From contig OX597829.1 of assembly GCA_951406725.2 (NCBI GenBank), positions 62,001 through 126,000 of the forward strand: a DNA stretch of 64,000 bases, written 5' to 3'. Of this stretch, positions 1 through 12,202 are shown piece after piece. The DNA is from Octopus vulgaris (taxonomy: Eukaryota). The notes beneath the pieces are model-generated. The model saw only the letters and a list, made by a program, of their open reading frames with translations, did no database searches and was not told the origin of the DNA. Position numbers and translations under genes: made by a program. The stretch's first letter is position 1; every line of letters begins with the position of its first letter.

Positions 1-42
1 ACATTCACTCCTATCATGGAAAATGAACAATGAAAGCGAATT

Positions 43-483
43 GGATCTTTTCGGTTTGACCGGCAGTTTTTAAAAATAATTTCCACGTAACTAAAAAATT
101 TTAAACTTCGTATACTGGTAGAATGTGTTTATAAAACATCTTTTTCTCTTGACTTTATTGAGAAAATTCTATAGTTTGTAAGACAATTGTTTTTTTTTTT
201 GTTTTTTTTTTCAATTTCTGTAATTTCAACCAATCAATGACGTCTATTGAGGTGAAAACATTCTGTGCCGTATGAATATGTCCCTCGTTTAAGAAACAGA
301 TTGGGTTTATTTACATTTCTGAAGAAAAAAATATACCCTTTCCCCCACCCCTAACCCTAACCCTAACTAACCCTAACCCTAAAACAGATAGAAATGCAAT
401 AGATCGATACTAGGGTCATAATTATGGGTGACAATTTCATATGACACCGCTAGAAAAAACTGCCGTTCAAACCGAAAAGATCC
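43..483 (+). mobile_element. MITE family T, copy 1: non-autonomous DNA transposon with ~28-bp TIRs, 8-bp TSD and internal (CCCTAA)n
   Basis: TIRs GGATCTTTTCGGTTTGA(C/A)CGGCAGTTTTT ... AAAAACTGCCGTTCAAACCGAAAAGATCC. Perfect TSD AGCGAATT at 35-42 and 484-491. Telomere-type repeats at ~348-381. Three more copies in the window. GG termini plus 8-bp TSD are compatible with Merlin-like superfamilies (inference). Confidence 0.92.
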
Positions 484-1385
484 AGCGAATTTGTATTTTC
501 ATTTTTTAAGTTTAAGTTTCATTTAATCCAACAGACAAACAATTCAACATCACAGTATTTTAGAAGGAAGTAATCCCGCAGAAAAAACAAACAAACAAAA
601 AAGAAACCCAAACCTCACAGGGAATAAATTAATTAAAATAATGATTAATTACAAATAAATTAGAACACAATCGAATATATGTGAGAATTAAAATTGTAAA
701 ATTTTAATTTAAGAATTTTTTTTGTTCACTTTATTCAAGAAATTGATATATTTGAATTGAATGTATGTATGATCGAAAGCGTTACAACCGTGACCATCCT
801 GTTGTTTTGTATATTTTTTTTAATATATTGTTTCATGTGACCTATATTTAAAATGTTTCACTTAAAAGTTACTTGGCTGCAATTTTTTGTTGACTGCACA
901 ACTGGGTGGTGATTCCCTGTTTGGGTCACCAGAGCCTGATGTTCGATATATCACATGCAATAATTTACAAATGTGTTTTTCAATCGGGACCACAATGATT
1001 TAAAGATTATTTTGGATGTAACTTTTTGCTAGCTGTACAACTGCGTGGTGGCTCCCCCGTTTGATTCATCGAAAACCGGTCTAGTGTATATCGCATGTAA
1101 TTTACAAACGGAGCCAAAATGATAGAGTGACTTCGATGATAAATATGAGGCGGTTAGAGACGTTAAATGTTGGTGATGGTAAACAAAAGAATGATTATGG
1201 CAGTAAATTCTTCTCAACAGTGGATGGAGTAGCAGGTATTTTGATCAAAATGAAACTTGCAAATTACTGTTGCAAATGTTTCTACAGAATTTTTGCTTAA
1301 CTTCAAAGTTTATATATATATATATATATACACATACTATTGCTACATCAGATTAATCCTTAATTTCAATATTGTCAATATATAT

Positions 1386-1947
1386 ATAATAGAAATATTA
1401 AAATAACTAAGTCTCTCTAAAAGAGAACAGCGGCAGCGTTCCCGAAAAATAATAGTTATCGCCATACTAATATGGCATTCTTATAAAAATAAGAAAAAAG
1501 CTGTCCGCTTATTAGCTCCATGAGGCCATCGCCTTAAGTTAGCTATTTGATACACAAACTGTATCCATATAACCTTCGAACAAGGGAGGTCAGTCGCTCC
1601 ACACTACTTGCCGCTGTTCTCTTTTAGAGAGACTTAGTTATTTTAATATTTCTATTATTGAAAACAAGTGGATGTATTCCACCGAAACTAGGTAAATAAA
1701 ACCATCGAACAGAGATTGTCGGAAGCGACACCTACTGGCTGGCTACGCTGCATTGAAAAGGGGCAATACCCCGAAACGCGTCTGTAGCTGCCGGTCAAGT
1801 AGTGTGGAGCGACTGACCTCCCTTGTTCGAAGGTTATATGGATACAGTTTGTGTATCAAATAGCTAACTTAAGGCGATGGCCTCATGGAGCTAATAAGCG
1901 GACAGCTTTTTTCTTATTTTTATAAGAATGCCATATTAGTATGGCGA

Positions 1948-1954
<7 letters not shown>
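1386..1954 (+). mobile_element. Non-autonomous Penelope-like/retrozyme module with interleaved inverted repeats
   Basis: 1386-1435 is the reverse complement of 1609-1658 (50 bp), and 1452-1610 is the reverse complement of 1796-1954 (159 bp). Hammerhead motif at 1741-1792. Flanked by (TA)n. Confidence 0.75.
1741..1792 (+). ncRNA. Minimal type-I hammerhead ribozyme motif, U3:A8 core variant
   Basis: Stem I GCTGCA/TGTAGC. Core TTGAAAA (CUGANGA with compensatory C3U/G8A). Stem II GGGG-CAATA-CCCC, then GAA and palindromic stem III ACGCGT. GUC cleavage triplet ends at 1782. Confidence 0.8.
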
Positions 1955-2005
<51 letters not shown>

Positions 2006-2007
<2 letters not shown>

Positions 2008-2180
2008 CGCAAGAGTGGCTGTGTGGTAAGTAGCTTGCTAACCAATCACATGGTTCCTGGTTCAGTCCCACTGCGTGGCATCTTGGGCAAGTGTCTTCTG
2101 CTATAGCCTCGAGCCGACCAATGCCTTGTGAGTGGATTTGGTAGACGGAAACTGAAAGAAGCCTGTCGTATATATGTATG

Positions 2181-2224
<44 letters not shown>

Positions 2225-2430
2225 TGTGTTTGTCCCCCTAGCATTGCTTGACAACCGATGCTGGTGTGTTTACGTCCTCGTCACTTAGCGGTTCGGCAAA
2301 AGACACCGATAGAATAAGTACTGGACTTATTTGTCGATTTACTCGACTAAAGGGGGCGATTTGCTCGACTAAAGGCGGTGCTCCAGCGTGGCCGCAGTCA
2401 AATGACTGAAACAAGTAAAAGAGTAAAGAG
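2006..2430 (+). mobile_element. SINE family A (tRNA-derived head, CORE-like segment, internal TA/TG microsatellite, AAAGAGT tail)
   Basis: Pol III-like boxes TGGCTGTGTGG and GGTTCAGTCCC; (A/T)CTTGGGCAAGT CORE-like motif. More than 15 homologous copies in the window. Confidence 0.9.
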
Positions 2431-2489
2431 TAAAGATATATATATATATATGTATGTACATATATATTTATGTATATATATAAATATGA

Positions 2490-2520
<31 letters not shown>

Positions 2521-2553
2521 CACGCACATATATATATAAATATATATATACAC

Positions 2554-2585
<32 letters not shown>

Positions 2586-2876
2586 ATATATATATATGTG
2601 TGTGTGTATATATATGTGTGTATATATATATATGTATGTATGTAAGTATATAGTCGCAAATTATTAACAGCTGATGCTAACCATCAAATCTCAAAAATAA
2701 TACAAATTTTAGGGTTGTCACCTGTTCAATTATTTCACCTGTTCCTCAACGAGGTCTCTGCATTTTGCCATTTTGTATATATATGTGTGTGTATATATAT
2801 ATATTCATATATATTCATATTTATATATATATATATATATATACATAAATATATATGTACATACATATATATATAC

Positions 2877-2914
<38 letters not shown>

Positions 2915-2976
2915 GTATGTATATATATATGTATGTACATATATATTTATGTATATATATATATATAAATATGAAT

Positions 2977-3044
<68 letters not shown>

Positions 3045-3074
3045 GATATATACATATATATACATATATATATA

Positions 3075-3290
3075 ACGGGAAGCTTTATGAAAATAAACAA
3101 AAGACGAAGGCAGGTGGAAAACAAACGAACAATTGTATTAGTATGGCGCTCAGGAAATATAAATAAAACAAGTCTTTAACGTTTCGAGCCTACGCTCTTC
3201 AACAGAAAGATACACAGAGAGAGAAAAACACAGAAAGAAGGAGAGAAAAAAATGCGTGCAGTAGCTAACGAATCAACATGGCGATCTATA
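3075..3290 (-). mobile_element. Penelope-like end fragment in (TA)n carrying a hammerhead-like motif (3173-3210)
   Basis: Minus strand reads TCTTT-CTGTTGA-A-GAGC-GTAG-GCTC-GAAACGTT-AAAGA. Stems I and II and a palindromic stem III are present; the core has A6U. (TA)n on both sides. Confidence 0.6.
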
Positions 3291-3294
3291 TACA

Positions 3295-3334
<40 letters not shown>

Positions 3335-3396
3335 CATATATATACATATATACATTTATATATATATATATATATATCTGTATATATATATGTATG

Positions 3397-3447
<51 letters not shown>

Positions 3448-4158
3448 GTATGTAATTATATAGTCGCAAATTATTAACAGCTGATGCTAACCATCAAATC
3501 TCAAAAGACTTTCAATTTACACCAGAAGAAGAAATAATATAAATGGCAAAATGCAGAGACCTTCGTTGAGGAACAGGTGAAATAATTGAACAGGTAAAAT
3601 AATTGAACAGGTGACAACCCTAAAATTTCACGAATATCAGGAATTGAAAGTTATTGCAATTAATGTACTTCAAAACAAAAATCTTCTTTTACTTCAGGAC
3701 AAGCCCACAATGCAATGAAAATGATATCGGCCAAACGGGATCAAAACTAATATATTAGGTAAGGGTATATAAGTAACAAATTAATAATCCACCTTTGAGA
3801 AATACTCTATTTAATGAACATTTAAATACCCGTGTAGATGGAAAAGTCAAAATATTTCCTTATTCAAAATAAAGAAACAAAATGATCGACTATAAAATGC
3901 AAAAGAAAAAAATACTTCAAAGGAATACTAAATCAGAAATTAAACTGGAAATAGTAAACACCTTCTTCTATGCGGATTAGACTATAACACGAGCGTTTGA
4001 AAAGCTGGAAATAGCGAAAAGCGTTTAACAAAAATTTCTTTCATAAGGTTTTGTCAATCTGTTTCCAAAGATAGTTTTATGTTTATACATGCATGTGGAC
4101 ACACACACACACACACACACACACGCTAACACACACACACTCTCTCTCACACATATAG

Positions 4159-4192
<34 letters not shown>

Positions 4193-4485
4193 ATACATAC
4201 ATGTATATATATATGTATATAAGCACACATACACATACATATAGATACATTTATTTATCTATCAATATGTATGCAGAAATTGGTATACAGGGAAAGAAAG
4301 TAAGAGAGAAAAAAGAGAGATACAGAGAGAAGGTGTGAGTCAGTAGTGAGAGATAAAGTAACAGGGCTGATGTAATCAACTAAGACTCCGTTAATGCAGT
4401 GCTCCAGTATGGCAGCCGTCCAGTAACTGAGCAACAAAATGAATAAAGAATGATGATATTTATAACAACAGCAGCAGCAACAGTT

Positions 4486-4517
<32 letters not shown>

Positions 4518-4604
4518 GAAAACGGCAATGATGACGATGAAGATTAATGGTTGTGATGATAGCAACAACAATAAAAACAATATCAATAATTACAACAACA
4601 ACTA

Positions 4605-4635
<31 letters not shown>

Positions 4636-4749
4636 AGCAACAACAACGATAATGATGTTAGATGTCGAATTTTGGGAAGAAAGGAGAAAATAGGAAAACG
4701 TTCATTATTTTTCCTTTTCTTTTCTCATTTTCGTGTGTTTTGAGTGAGC

Positions 4750-4864
<115 letters not shown>

Positions 4865-5394
4865 TTGGAATTGGTTTCTTTGAAAAAAATCTGTTCCAAA
4901 TATGGAATATGATATTTGTGGGGTATTTTAAGATATGCTTGGACGAATACTTAAAAGAGTTGAAAAGGAAAAGGGATTTTAAAATGTTATTTTAAAGAAA
5001 TATATGTTTGAAGAGTTTCAGCGAAAACTTCAAAAATACATTATCAGATTACTAGTGCTTCTTAGAATTTATTTATTTAGTCTTCTTGTTGTTGTTGTTG
5101 CTGCTGTTGTGTGCGAATTTCTTCTTTTTTCTACCAAGAGGAACAAATATCTAAATGCTTGTCTTATTTTTCTTTTTTTTTTCGGTCCTCCTTATAGTAT
5201 ATTCAAAGTAAAAAAAAGAAAAAATCAAAACAAGTTAAATGTAAATGTTAGAAAGCAGAGAAAACGTTGAGAAAGTCAGACTAGGCATTTAAAAAATAAG
5301 CGGAATCAATGTCATGGAATGAGAGTTGACTTTGGCAGATCCTTGGTAAGAATTCATTCCTCTGACGTCTAGAGTCTTTCAGCATTCACAACAC

Positions 5395-5442
<48 letters not shown>

Positions 5443-5717
5443 ACACGCACACATACACACACGCACACACGCACACATACACACACGCACACATACGCAC
5501 TAACACACACACTCAGATACATAGATACAGACCAACTCATAATTAGATGCATGTATATATTTAATTGCTTTATGTCTTTACAATTGAGTATGTGTATGTC
5601 TCTCTCTATCATACACACAAACACAAACACACAGACATATATATATATGAATATATATATATATATACATACACGAATATATATGAATATATATATATTT
5701 ATACATACATACATACA

Positions 5718-5753
<36 letters not shown>

Positions 5754-5790
5754 TATATACATATATATATATTTATATTCATATTTATAC

Positions 5791-5876
<86 letters not shown>

Positions 5877-5877
<1 letters not shown>

Positions 5878-6476
5878 ATTTAAATAAGCAGAAAATGGAG
5901 AACACTTTTGATCAACAAAGAAATTGACCAATATCGGTTAATTATTTTTAACGCAAAACATAACATAACATTTTTAACGGCCGATTCGGCTGCCAATGTC
6001 ACTCGATGTTTACAAAGAAAATTCCGGAAATAATATTCGTTCCAACGTATTCTATGGGTAAAATCACCGATTTTGGATATGAATTCTTAAGAGGGATAGG
6101 AAGGAATGTCTTTTAGAGATAGGTCAATCTTAATTTTCTCCATTTTACCGGTAGTATTAATCTTAGTACTTACTTCTATTATCGGTATATGTGTTTACTA
6201 ATGTGTAATATATACTGAGAAGTAGATAAGAAATTAGTGGACAAGATATGTCAATGGTAAGCAGAGTTAGCGGTTGCAATAACCAAGGGATAAGAATATC
6301 CGATCTTACTACCGGTATCATTTACTCATGTTAAGCTTGGGCATGCGTATGTAAGCACACTATGCGCATAGGGTACAGGTAATAACAGAGGAAACAAGTG
6401 TTTATCGGGAATCAAATTTAAATAAGCAGAAAATGGAGAAAACATTTGATCAACGAACAAACAAATTGACCAACAT
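5877..6476 (-). mobile_element. Terminally redundant module in (TA)n, probable Penelope-like/retrozyme remnant
   Basis: ~55-bp imperfect direct repeat (AATAAGCAGAAAATGGAGAA...AAATTGACCAA) at ~5877-5933 and ~6415-6475, offset ~538. Decayed hammerhead 3' half on the minus strand near 5975-5992 (GCCGAAtCGGCCGTTA). TA tracts on both sides. Confidence 0.45.
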
Positions 6477-6490
6477 ATATATATATGAAT

Positions 6491-6994
6491 AGGCTTACAA
6501 AGAATAAATCCTGGGTCAATTTGTTCGACTAAAAGTGGTGCTCTAGCATGGCTGCACTCAAATGACTGAAACAAGTTAAAGAATAAACGAATGAAAGAAT
6601 ATATATATATGAGTGGCTGCGTGGTAAGTAGCTTGCTTACCAACCACATGGTTCCGGGTTCAATGAGTAGATTTGGTAGACAGAAACTGAAAGAAGCCTG
6701 TCGTATATATATATATGTATGTATGTATTATGTATGTATGTATGTATGTATGTATGTATGGTATGTATGTATGTGTGTATGTATGTATGTTTGTCTGCCT
6801 GTGCTGCCCCCCCCCCAACATCGCATGACAACCGATGGTGGTGTGTTACGTCCCCGTAACTTAGCGGTTCGGCAAAAGAGCCGGATAAAATAAACTTACT
6901 AGGCTTACAAAGAATAAGTCCTGGGGTCGATTTGCTTGACTAAAGGCGGTGCTCCAGCATGGCTGCAGTCAAATAACTGAAACAAGTAAAAGAG
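6491..6994 (+). mobile_element. SINE family A: tail fragment (6491-6598) plus internally deleted copy (6611-6994)
   Basis: Homology to 2006-2430. Confidence 0.88.
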
Positions 6995-7019
6995 TATATG
7001 TATATATATGTTTTTTATA

Positions 7020-7051
<32 letters not shown>

Positions 7052-7053
<2 letters not shown>

Positions 7054-7215
7054 CTGAAGAGATGGCGGCGTGGATTTCTACCTCGGCATCGAAAACTCGG
7101 AGTTTAATCTTGGCTACCGAATAATTGTCACATATTTCTTTTACAGATAAATTCCTCTATTTGCATAATATCGAGGTATCTTTCTTTCTTTTGTTATCTT
7201 ACCGTTTTTATCAAA
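7052..7215 (+). mobile_element. Penelope-like end fragment with 5'-truncated hammerhead motif (7054-7108)
   Basis: CTGAAGA-GATG...CATC-GAA-AACTC-G-GAGTT. The 5' strand of stem I is replaced by (TA)n; the island is bounded by (TA)n on both sides. Confidence 0.6.
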
Positions 7216-7236
7216 ATATATATATGTATATATGAA

Positions 7237-7299
<63 letters not shown>

Positions 7300-7777
7300 A
7301 GCGAGAGAGATAAATAGATGGAAATGTAGAAATAGAGAGTAAAGGGAAGTGAGAGAAAGAATAGGGTTAAGAATATGTGAAGTTACTAAGAATATTTTGG
7401 CACTTCTTAACAAAGCTGACGCATTTTTTTTCCAAATTGAATATCACAAAATATTCTGCTCATTACTAAATTCTTTGACTTCCCTTTAACCATTGCCAAA
7501 ATTCGTTCGGTGGAAATATTGAGGTACTCGAGAGTGACTGAGAATATCAATAAGAGAGAGAGGGGGAGAGAGAGAATGGGAGGAGAAGTAGAGGGTGGGT
7601 GGGAGAGAGAGGGTGAGAGAAGGAGAGAGAAAGAAACAGAAAGTGAGACACGGAGAGTGAGGGAGAAAGAGAGAGAAAGTGAATGAGGGATAGGTGGGGT
7701 GCGATGAAAACTGATTGAGAGTTTGTGGGCAGCGATGAAAAACTGAAATAGATGCCTAAGAGAAAAGTAACATGTTG

Positions 7778-7799
7778 TATATGTATGTACGTATGTATG

Positions 7800-7833
<34 letters not shown>

Positions 7834-7959
7834 TGTGTGTATGTATGAATGTATGTATGTGTGTGTATGTATGTATGTATTTATGTATGTATGTATGTAT
7901 GTACATATGTACGTATGTATGTATATATGTATGTATATGTATGTATGTATATATGTATG

Positions 7960-7991
<32 letters not shown>

Positions 7992-8049
7992 TGTATGTAT
8001 GTATGTATGTATGTATGTATGTATGTACATATGTACGTATGTATGTATG

Positions 8050-8083
<34 letters not shown>

Positions 8084-8957
8084 TGTATGTATGTATGTAT
8101 GTATGTATGTATGTATGTACATATGTACGTATGTATGTATGTATATATGTATGTATGTATGTGTGTATGTATGTATGTATGTGTGTGTGTGTATGTATGT
8201 GTGTGCATGTATGTATGTGTGTATGCATGTATGTATGTATGTATGTATGTATGCATGCATGCATGTATGTATGTATGTATGTATGTTTGTATGTATGTAT
8301 GTATGTATGTGTATGTATGTGTGTGTGTATATATGTATGTATGTATGTATGTATGTGTGTGCGTATGTGTGTATGTGTGTGTGTATGTATGTGTGTGCAT
8401 GTATGTATGTGTGTATGCATGTATGTATGTATGTATGTATGTATGTATGTGTGTGTGTGTATGTATGTATGTATGTATGTATGTTTGTATGTATGTATGT
8501 ATGCTTGTATGTGTGTGTGTATGTATGTATGTATGTATGTATGTATGTATGTATGTATGTATGTATGTATGTGTGTGTATGTATGCATGTATGTGTGTGT
8601 GTGTATGTATGTATGTATGTATGTATGTATGTATGTATATATGTGTGTATGTATGTATGTAGGTATGTATGTGTGTATGTTATGTATGTATGTATGTATG
8701 TATGTATGTATATATGTGTGTATGTATGTATGTAGGTATGTATGTGTGTATGTTATGTATGTATGTATGTATGTATGTGTGTATGTATGTGTGTATGTAT
8801 GTATGTATGTATGTATGTATGTATGTATGTGTGTGTATGTATGTATGTATGTATGTATGTATGTATGTATGTATGTATGTATGTATGTATGTATGTATGT
8901 ATGCGTGTATGTGTGTGTGTATGTATGTGTGTGTGTATGTATGTGCGCGTGTGTGTA
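7778..8957. repeat. ~1.2-kb imperfect (TATG)n/(TG)n microsatellite
   Basis: Direct reading; it is the source of the long spurious MYVC/HTYI ORFs. Confidence 0.97.
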
Positions 8958-8966
8958 TCAAATTTT

Positions 8967-9178
8967 TCACTTGTTTCAGTTGAGACTGCAGCCACGCTGG
9001 GTCACCACCTTGAAGGATTTTTGGTACTTTTTATCTTTTGTTAAGCCTGGTACTTATTCTATCGTTCTTTTTGCCGAACCGCTATGTTACGGTGACCGTA
9101 AACATACTAACGCAAGTTGTCAAGCGGCGGAGGAGGGACAAAGACACACACACACGCGCACCCACACACAAACACATG
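8967..9178 (-). mobile_element. SINE family A, 3' half (diverged)
   Basis: Reverse complement of the family A tail. Confidence 0.8.
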
Positions 9179-9180
9179 TA

Positions 9181-9394
9181 CGAGGAGGAACTGAAAAGAC
9201 CCTGGCTTTAAAGGTGTTGAGAAAAACCTGTCTGGAGGCTCAACCTTCCGAGTTTTTTACAGAGCGTAGAAAAGTGAAGAACCACTGCAATAAGTATGTG
9301 AATCTGAGAGGGGAATGTATTGAATAAAATCATAATTAACTGATTCTCCTGTATTTTCTTTTACCCAATGTCAGGAACTTTTTCGCTCACATCG
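9181..9394 (+). mobile_element. Mariner-derived MITE / deletion derivative
   Basis: TA on both sides. Degenerate TIRs CGAGGAGGAACTGAAAAGACCCTGGC / GTCAGGAACTTTTTCGCTCACATCG. Internal frame LEAQPSEFF...NHCNKYVNLRGECIE* resembles the mariner transposase C-terminus (RWxKCIxxxGDYVE). Confidence 0.6.
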
Positions 9395-9430
9395 TATGTA
9401 TGTATGTATGTATTTATGTATGTATGTATG

Positions 9431-11281
9431 TATTCTCATGTATATAGTTGCATATCTAGATATACTCATATATATTTAAATGATAAACTACTGGAAAGTT
9501 TTACAGATTCTTATAGTTCCAATGGAATCAGCTTCCTCCTTTCTGCTTTTGAGAAGCCTAATTTCTCAAGATTGGTAATTAGGCAGTGTGTTACATATCC
9601 CAGGGTCCCAATAATTACAGGTATAAACCTGAACTTGTACTCTGGTTGGCGCAACTGTAGATTTCTCAATAGTTCAGCATCGATGTTTCCTTTTTCACTG
9701 ATCTTCAGATTTATGTTAACATCCGCTGGGCAGCTAATTTCCACAACTGTGCACAGTTGCTCTTCTCTATCCCAAATCATTATATCAGGTTTGTTGTGCT
9801 TAAATTTTATTGAGGTCTTCACTGGGACATTTCACCAGTGTTCCTTTTCATTATGAGTGATTATGGCTTCTACCATATTGTGGGATCTTATTTCTTTGTT
9901 TTCGGTATTATCCTTCCGACGGATTCCATTATAGACTATCATAGCTACATTATGTCTAATACCGTGATGACATTTTCGGACAACTGATTATGATGTGGGT
10001 GATATCTTCAGTGCGAATTCCACAAAGTCTGCATAGGTTGTCACATTTTATGGCTTTTTCTGCATCTCTATCCCTTTTGTGCATCAGGTACTTGGTTGAT
10101 ATTTCCTCTTCCTGTATTACAACCGCATACCCTTCAAAGTGGGACGTAGTAATCCGGCTATTGATCCATGATAAACTGCTTTGATGATCATTACGGAGCT
10201 TTCTACTAATACATCCATGCATAGTCTTCTGCTCATATAGGCTCATCCTTTCATCTGATGATACGTTGCGGTAGAATCGTGCGACTTCTTTGGGAATGTA
10301 TTCTAAGTTATCAGACAAAGAGTGTTGTTTAAGGAGCTGCCTTCCAAGTCTTATGATGTTATCAGCCTTGTGTATACAAACTTGGTTAAGGGATGCACTT
10401 CGACGTTTGGTGGTTAAAAGATGTTGCTGGAGGGATATGATGCGACATTCAAAAGCTTTTTCGATCGATGTTAAAGCCCCTGCCGCCTTGTTTTCGTCTT
10501 AGGTGGAGGTGGTCTACGTCACTGTTTATGTGGAAATTATGTGTGCTTGTTAGTATTTTTCGGGTTTTCACATCAATGGCTCGGATCTCATCAAGAGTCC
10601 AGTCAAGTAGCCCAAATGCTGGTATGAGTACTGGCACTGCAAACACATTGTGGGCCACTTTTTATTGAATGCAGAGAGTTATTAGGTCCAAGTTTTCTTT
10701 ATTCAGCTTTAATATTCTTTAGTGACACGTGTTTTGTTACAGGTGCCATTGTATGATATATTTTCACCCACTCCTAGATACCTGTAACATTCCTCGTCAG
10801 ATATAGGGGAAACAGTCAAATCATTAATGGAGATAGATTTCTGGTTTATAGTTTTCCCCCTTTTCACAACCACATAAAAACATTTTCCCTGACCAAACTC
10901 CAACCCTATATCCTTTGAGAATGTTGCAACTAGGGCAAGGCTCTTTTTCATCTCATGCATATTCTTTGCATAAAGTTTAAAGTCATCCATAAAGAAACAG
11001 TGTGTAATTTTGGTATTTCTATTTCCTTCTGAACCAGTGAGATATCCTTCAGACTTCCTTAACATGAATGACAAGGAGTTTACAGAAAGTATAAACAACA
11101 TCACAGAGAAGCTGTCTCCTTGGAATATGCCTTTGCGATATTGTATTCTATCGGTGATAATACAGTCACTCTTTGTGTTTAATTTCAAGATGGTGACCCA
11201 CGATGCAGTCGGCTCAGCTATGGTTTTGAGGATTCTCACTGGAACTTGAGCAAGTTGAAGGGCTTCTAGCATCCACGAGTG
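9431..11281 (-). mobile_element. Degraded 5'-truncated R4/Dong-like RLE LINE flanked by (CATA)n
   Basis: Frameshifted fragments in the correct order: RT (GIFQGDSFS, FFMDDFKLY, YRYLGV; 10709-11272), thumb region (10449-10658), CCHC knuckle CRLC...THIIISC (9956-10318), restriction-like endonuclease KPDIMIWD..VEISCP (9511-9822). Confidence 0.92.
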
Positions 11282-11357
11282 TATGTAAGCATGTATGTAT
11301 GTATGTTTGTATGTATGTATGTATGTATGTGCATGTGCAAATTTGTATGTTTTATGT

Positions 11358-11605
11358 ATGTATTCTCATGAATATAGTTACATATCTAGACATGATCATA
11401 TATATTTAAATGGTAAACTTCTGGAAAGTTTTACAGATTTTTACAGTTCCAGTGATGGATTGGATCTGTAGTCCTCGAATTAGTTTTCTCTTTTCTGGTT
11501 TTGAGAATCCTTATTTCTCAAGATTGGTATTTAGACAATGTGTTACATATCTCAGGGTCCCAATAATTACAGGTATAAACCTGAACTTGTAATCTGGGTA
11601 GAGTA
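11358..11605 (-). mobile_element. Second, short 3'-end copy of the same LINE family
   Basis: Diverged direct repeat of ~9428-9648, again starting from a (TATG)n tract. Confidence 0.88.
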
Positions 11606-11805
11606 TGTATATACGTATGTATTAATTTGCGTCTAATAGCCACGTTTTTTTTTTTCGAAGGCTTATATGCCCCAATATTAGACTGCATTGTTTAGCTAAT
11701 ACGCAGTGAACGTTCATAAGTTTTAAGCGTATTAATATTATTTACAGAATTTTCACTCCTCAAGTTTTCTTTATTTAACGCTTTATGTATAACCACTAGG
11801 TTATT

Positions 11806-12060
11806 GGGACATAAACACACCAACATCTATCGTCAAGCAGTGGTGCTGTGGGTACAAACACAGACACAAAAACACTCACTCGCGCGTGTACATATACGAC
11901 GGGCTTCTTTCAGTTTCCATCTACCATATCCACTCAGAAGGCCTTTGTTGACTCGAGGCTATAGTGGAAGACACTTGGCGAAAGTGCCACACAGTGGGAC
12001 TGAACCCGAAACTATGTGGTTGGAAAGCAAACATTTTACCATGCAACCACTCCTGCGCCT
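11806..12060 (-). mobile_element. SINE family A (partial)
   Basis: Homology to family A head and body. Confidence 0.85.
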
Positions 12061-12089
12061 GTATGTATTATGCATGCATGTGTAATAGA

Positions 12090-12202
12090 TTAGTAAGAAG
12101 AAGAATTCCGCTGTTGAATAAAAGACCTTTTGTAGTTCGTCCTCCCATATCGATCAGCGTTTTGTTGGCTGTGTCTGGCATAAATACCAGCGAGTCCAAT
12201 GC
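12090..12202 (-). other. Candidate host terminal coding exon (unverified)
   Basis: Unique sequence after the acceptor-like TTTTATTCTTGCAG. Phase-1 frame (G)IGLAGIYARHSQQNADRYGRTNYKRSFIQQRNSSSY*. No homology recognised. Confidence 0.2.

Noticed and set aside
348-381. (CCCTAA)n near the window start as a telomere or fusion site
   Set aside because: It is internal to a TIR/TSD-bounded MITE that recurs four times.
7547-9327. Long ORFs (up to 492 aa) of MYVC/HTYI/IYIY type here and throughout the window
   Set aside because: They are translations of TA, TG and TATG microsatellites that lack stop codons; no domain content.
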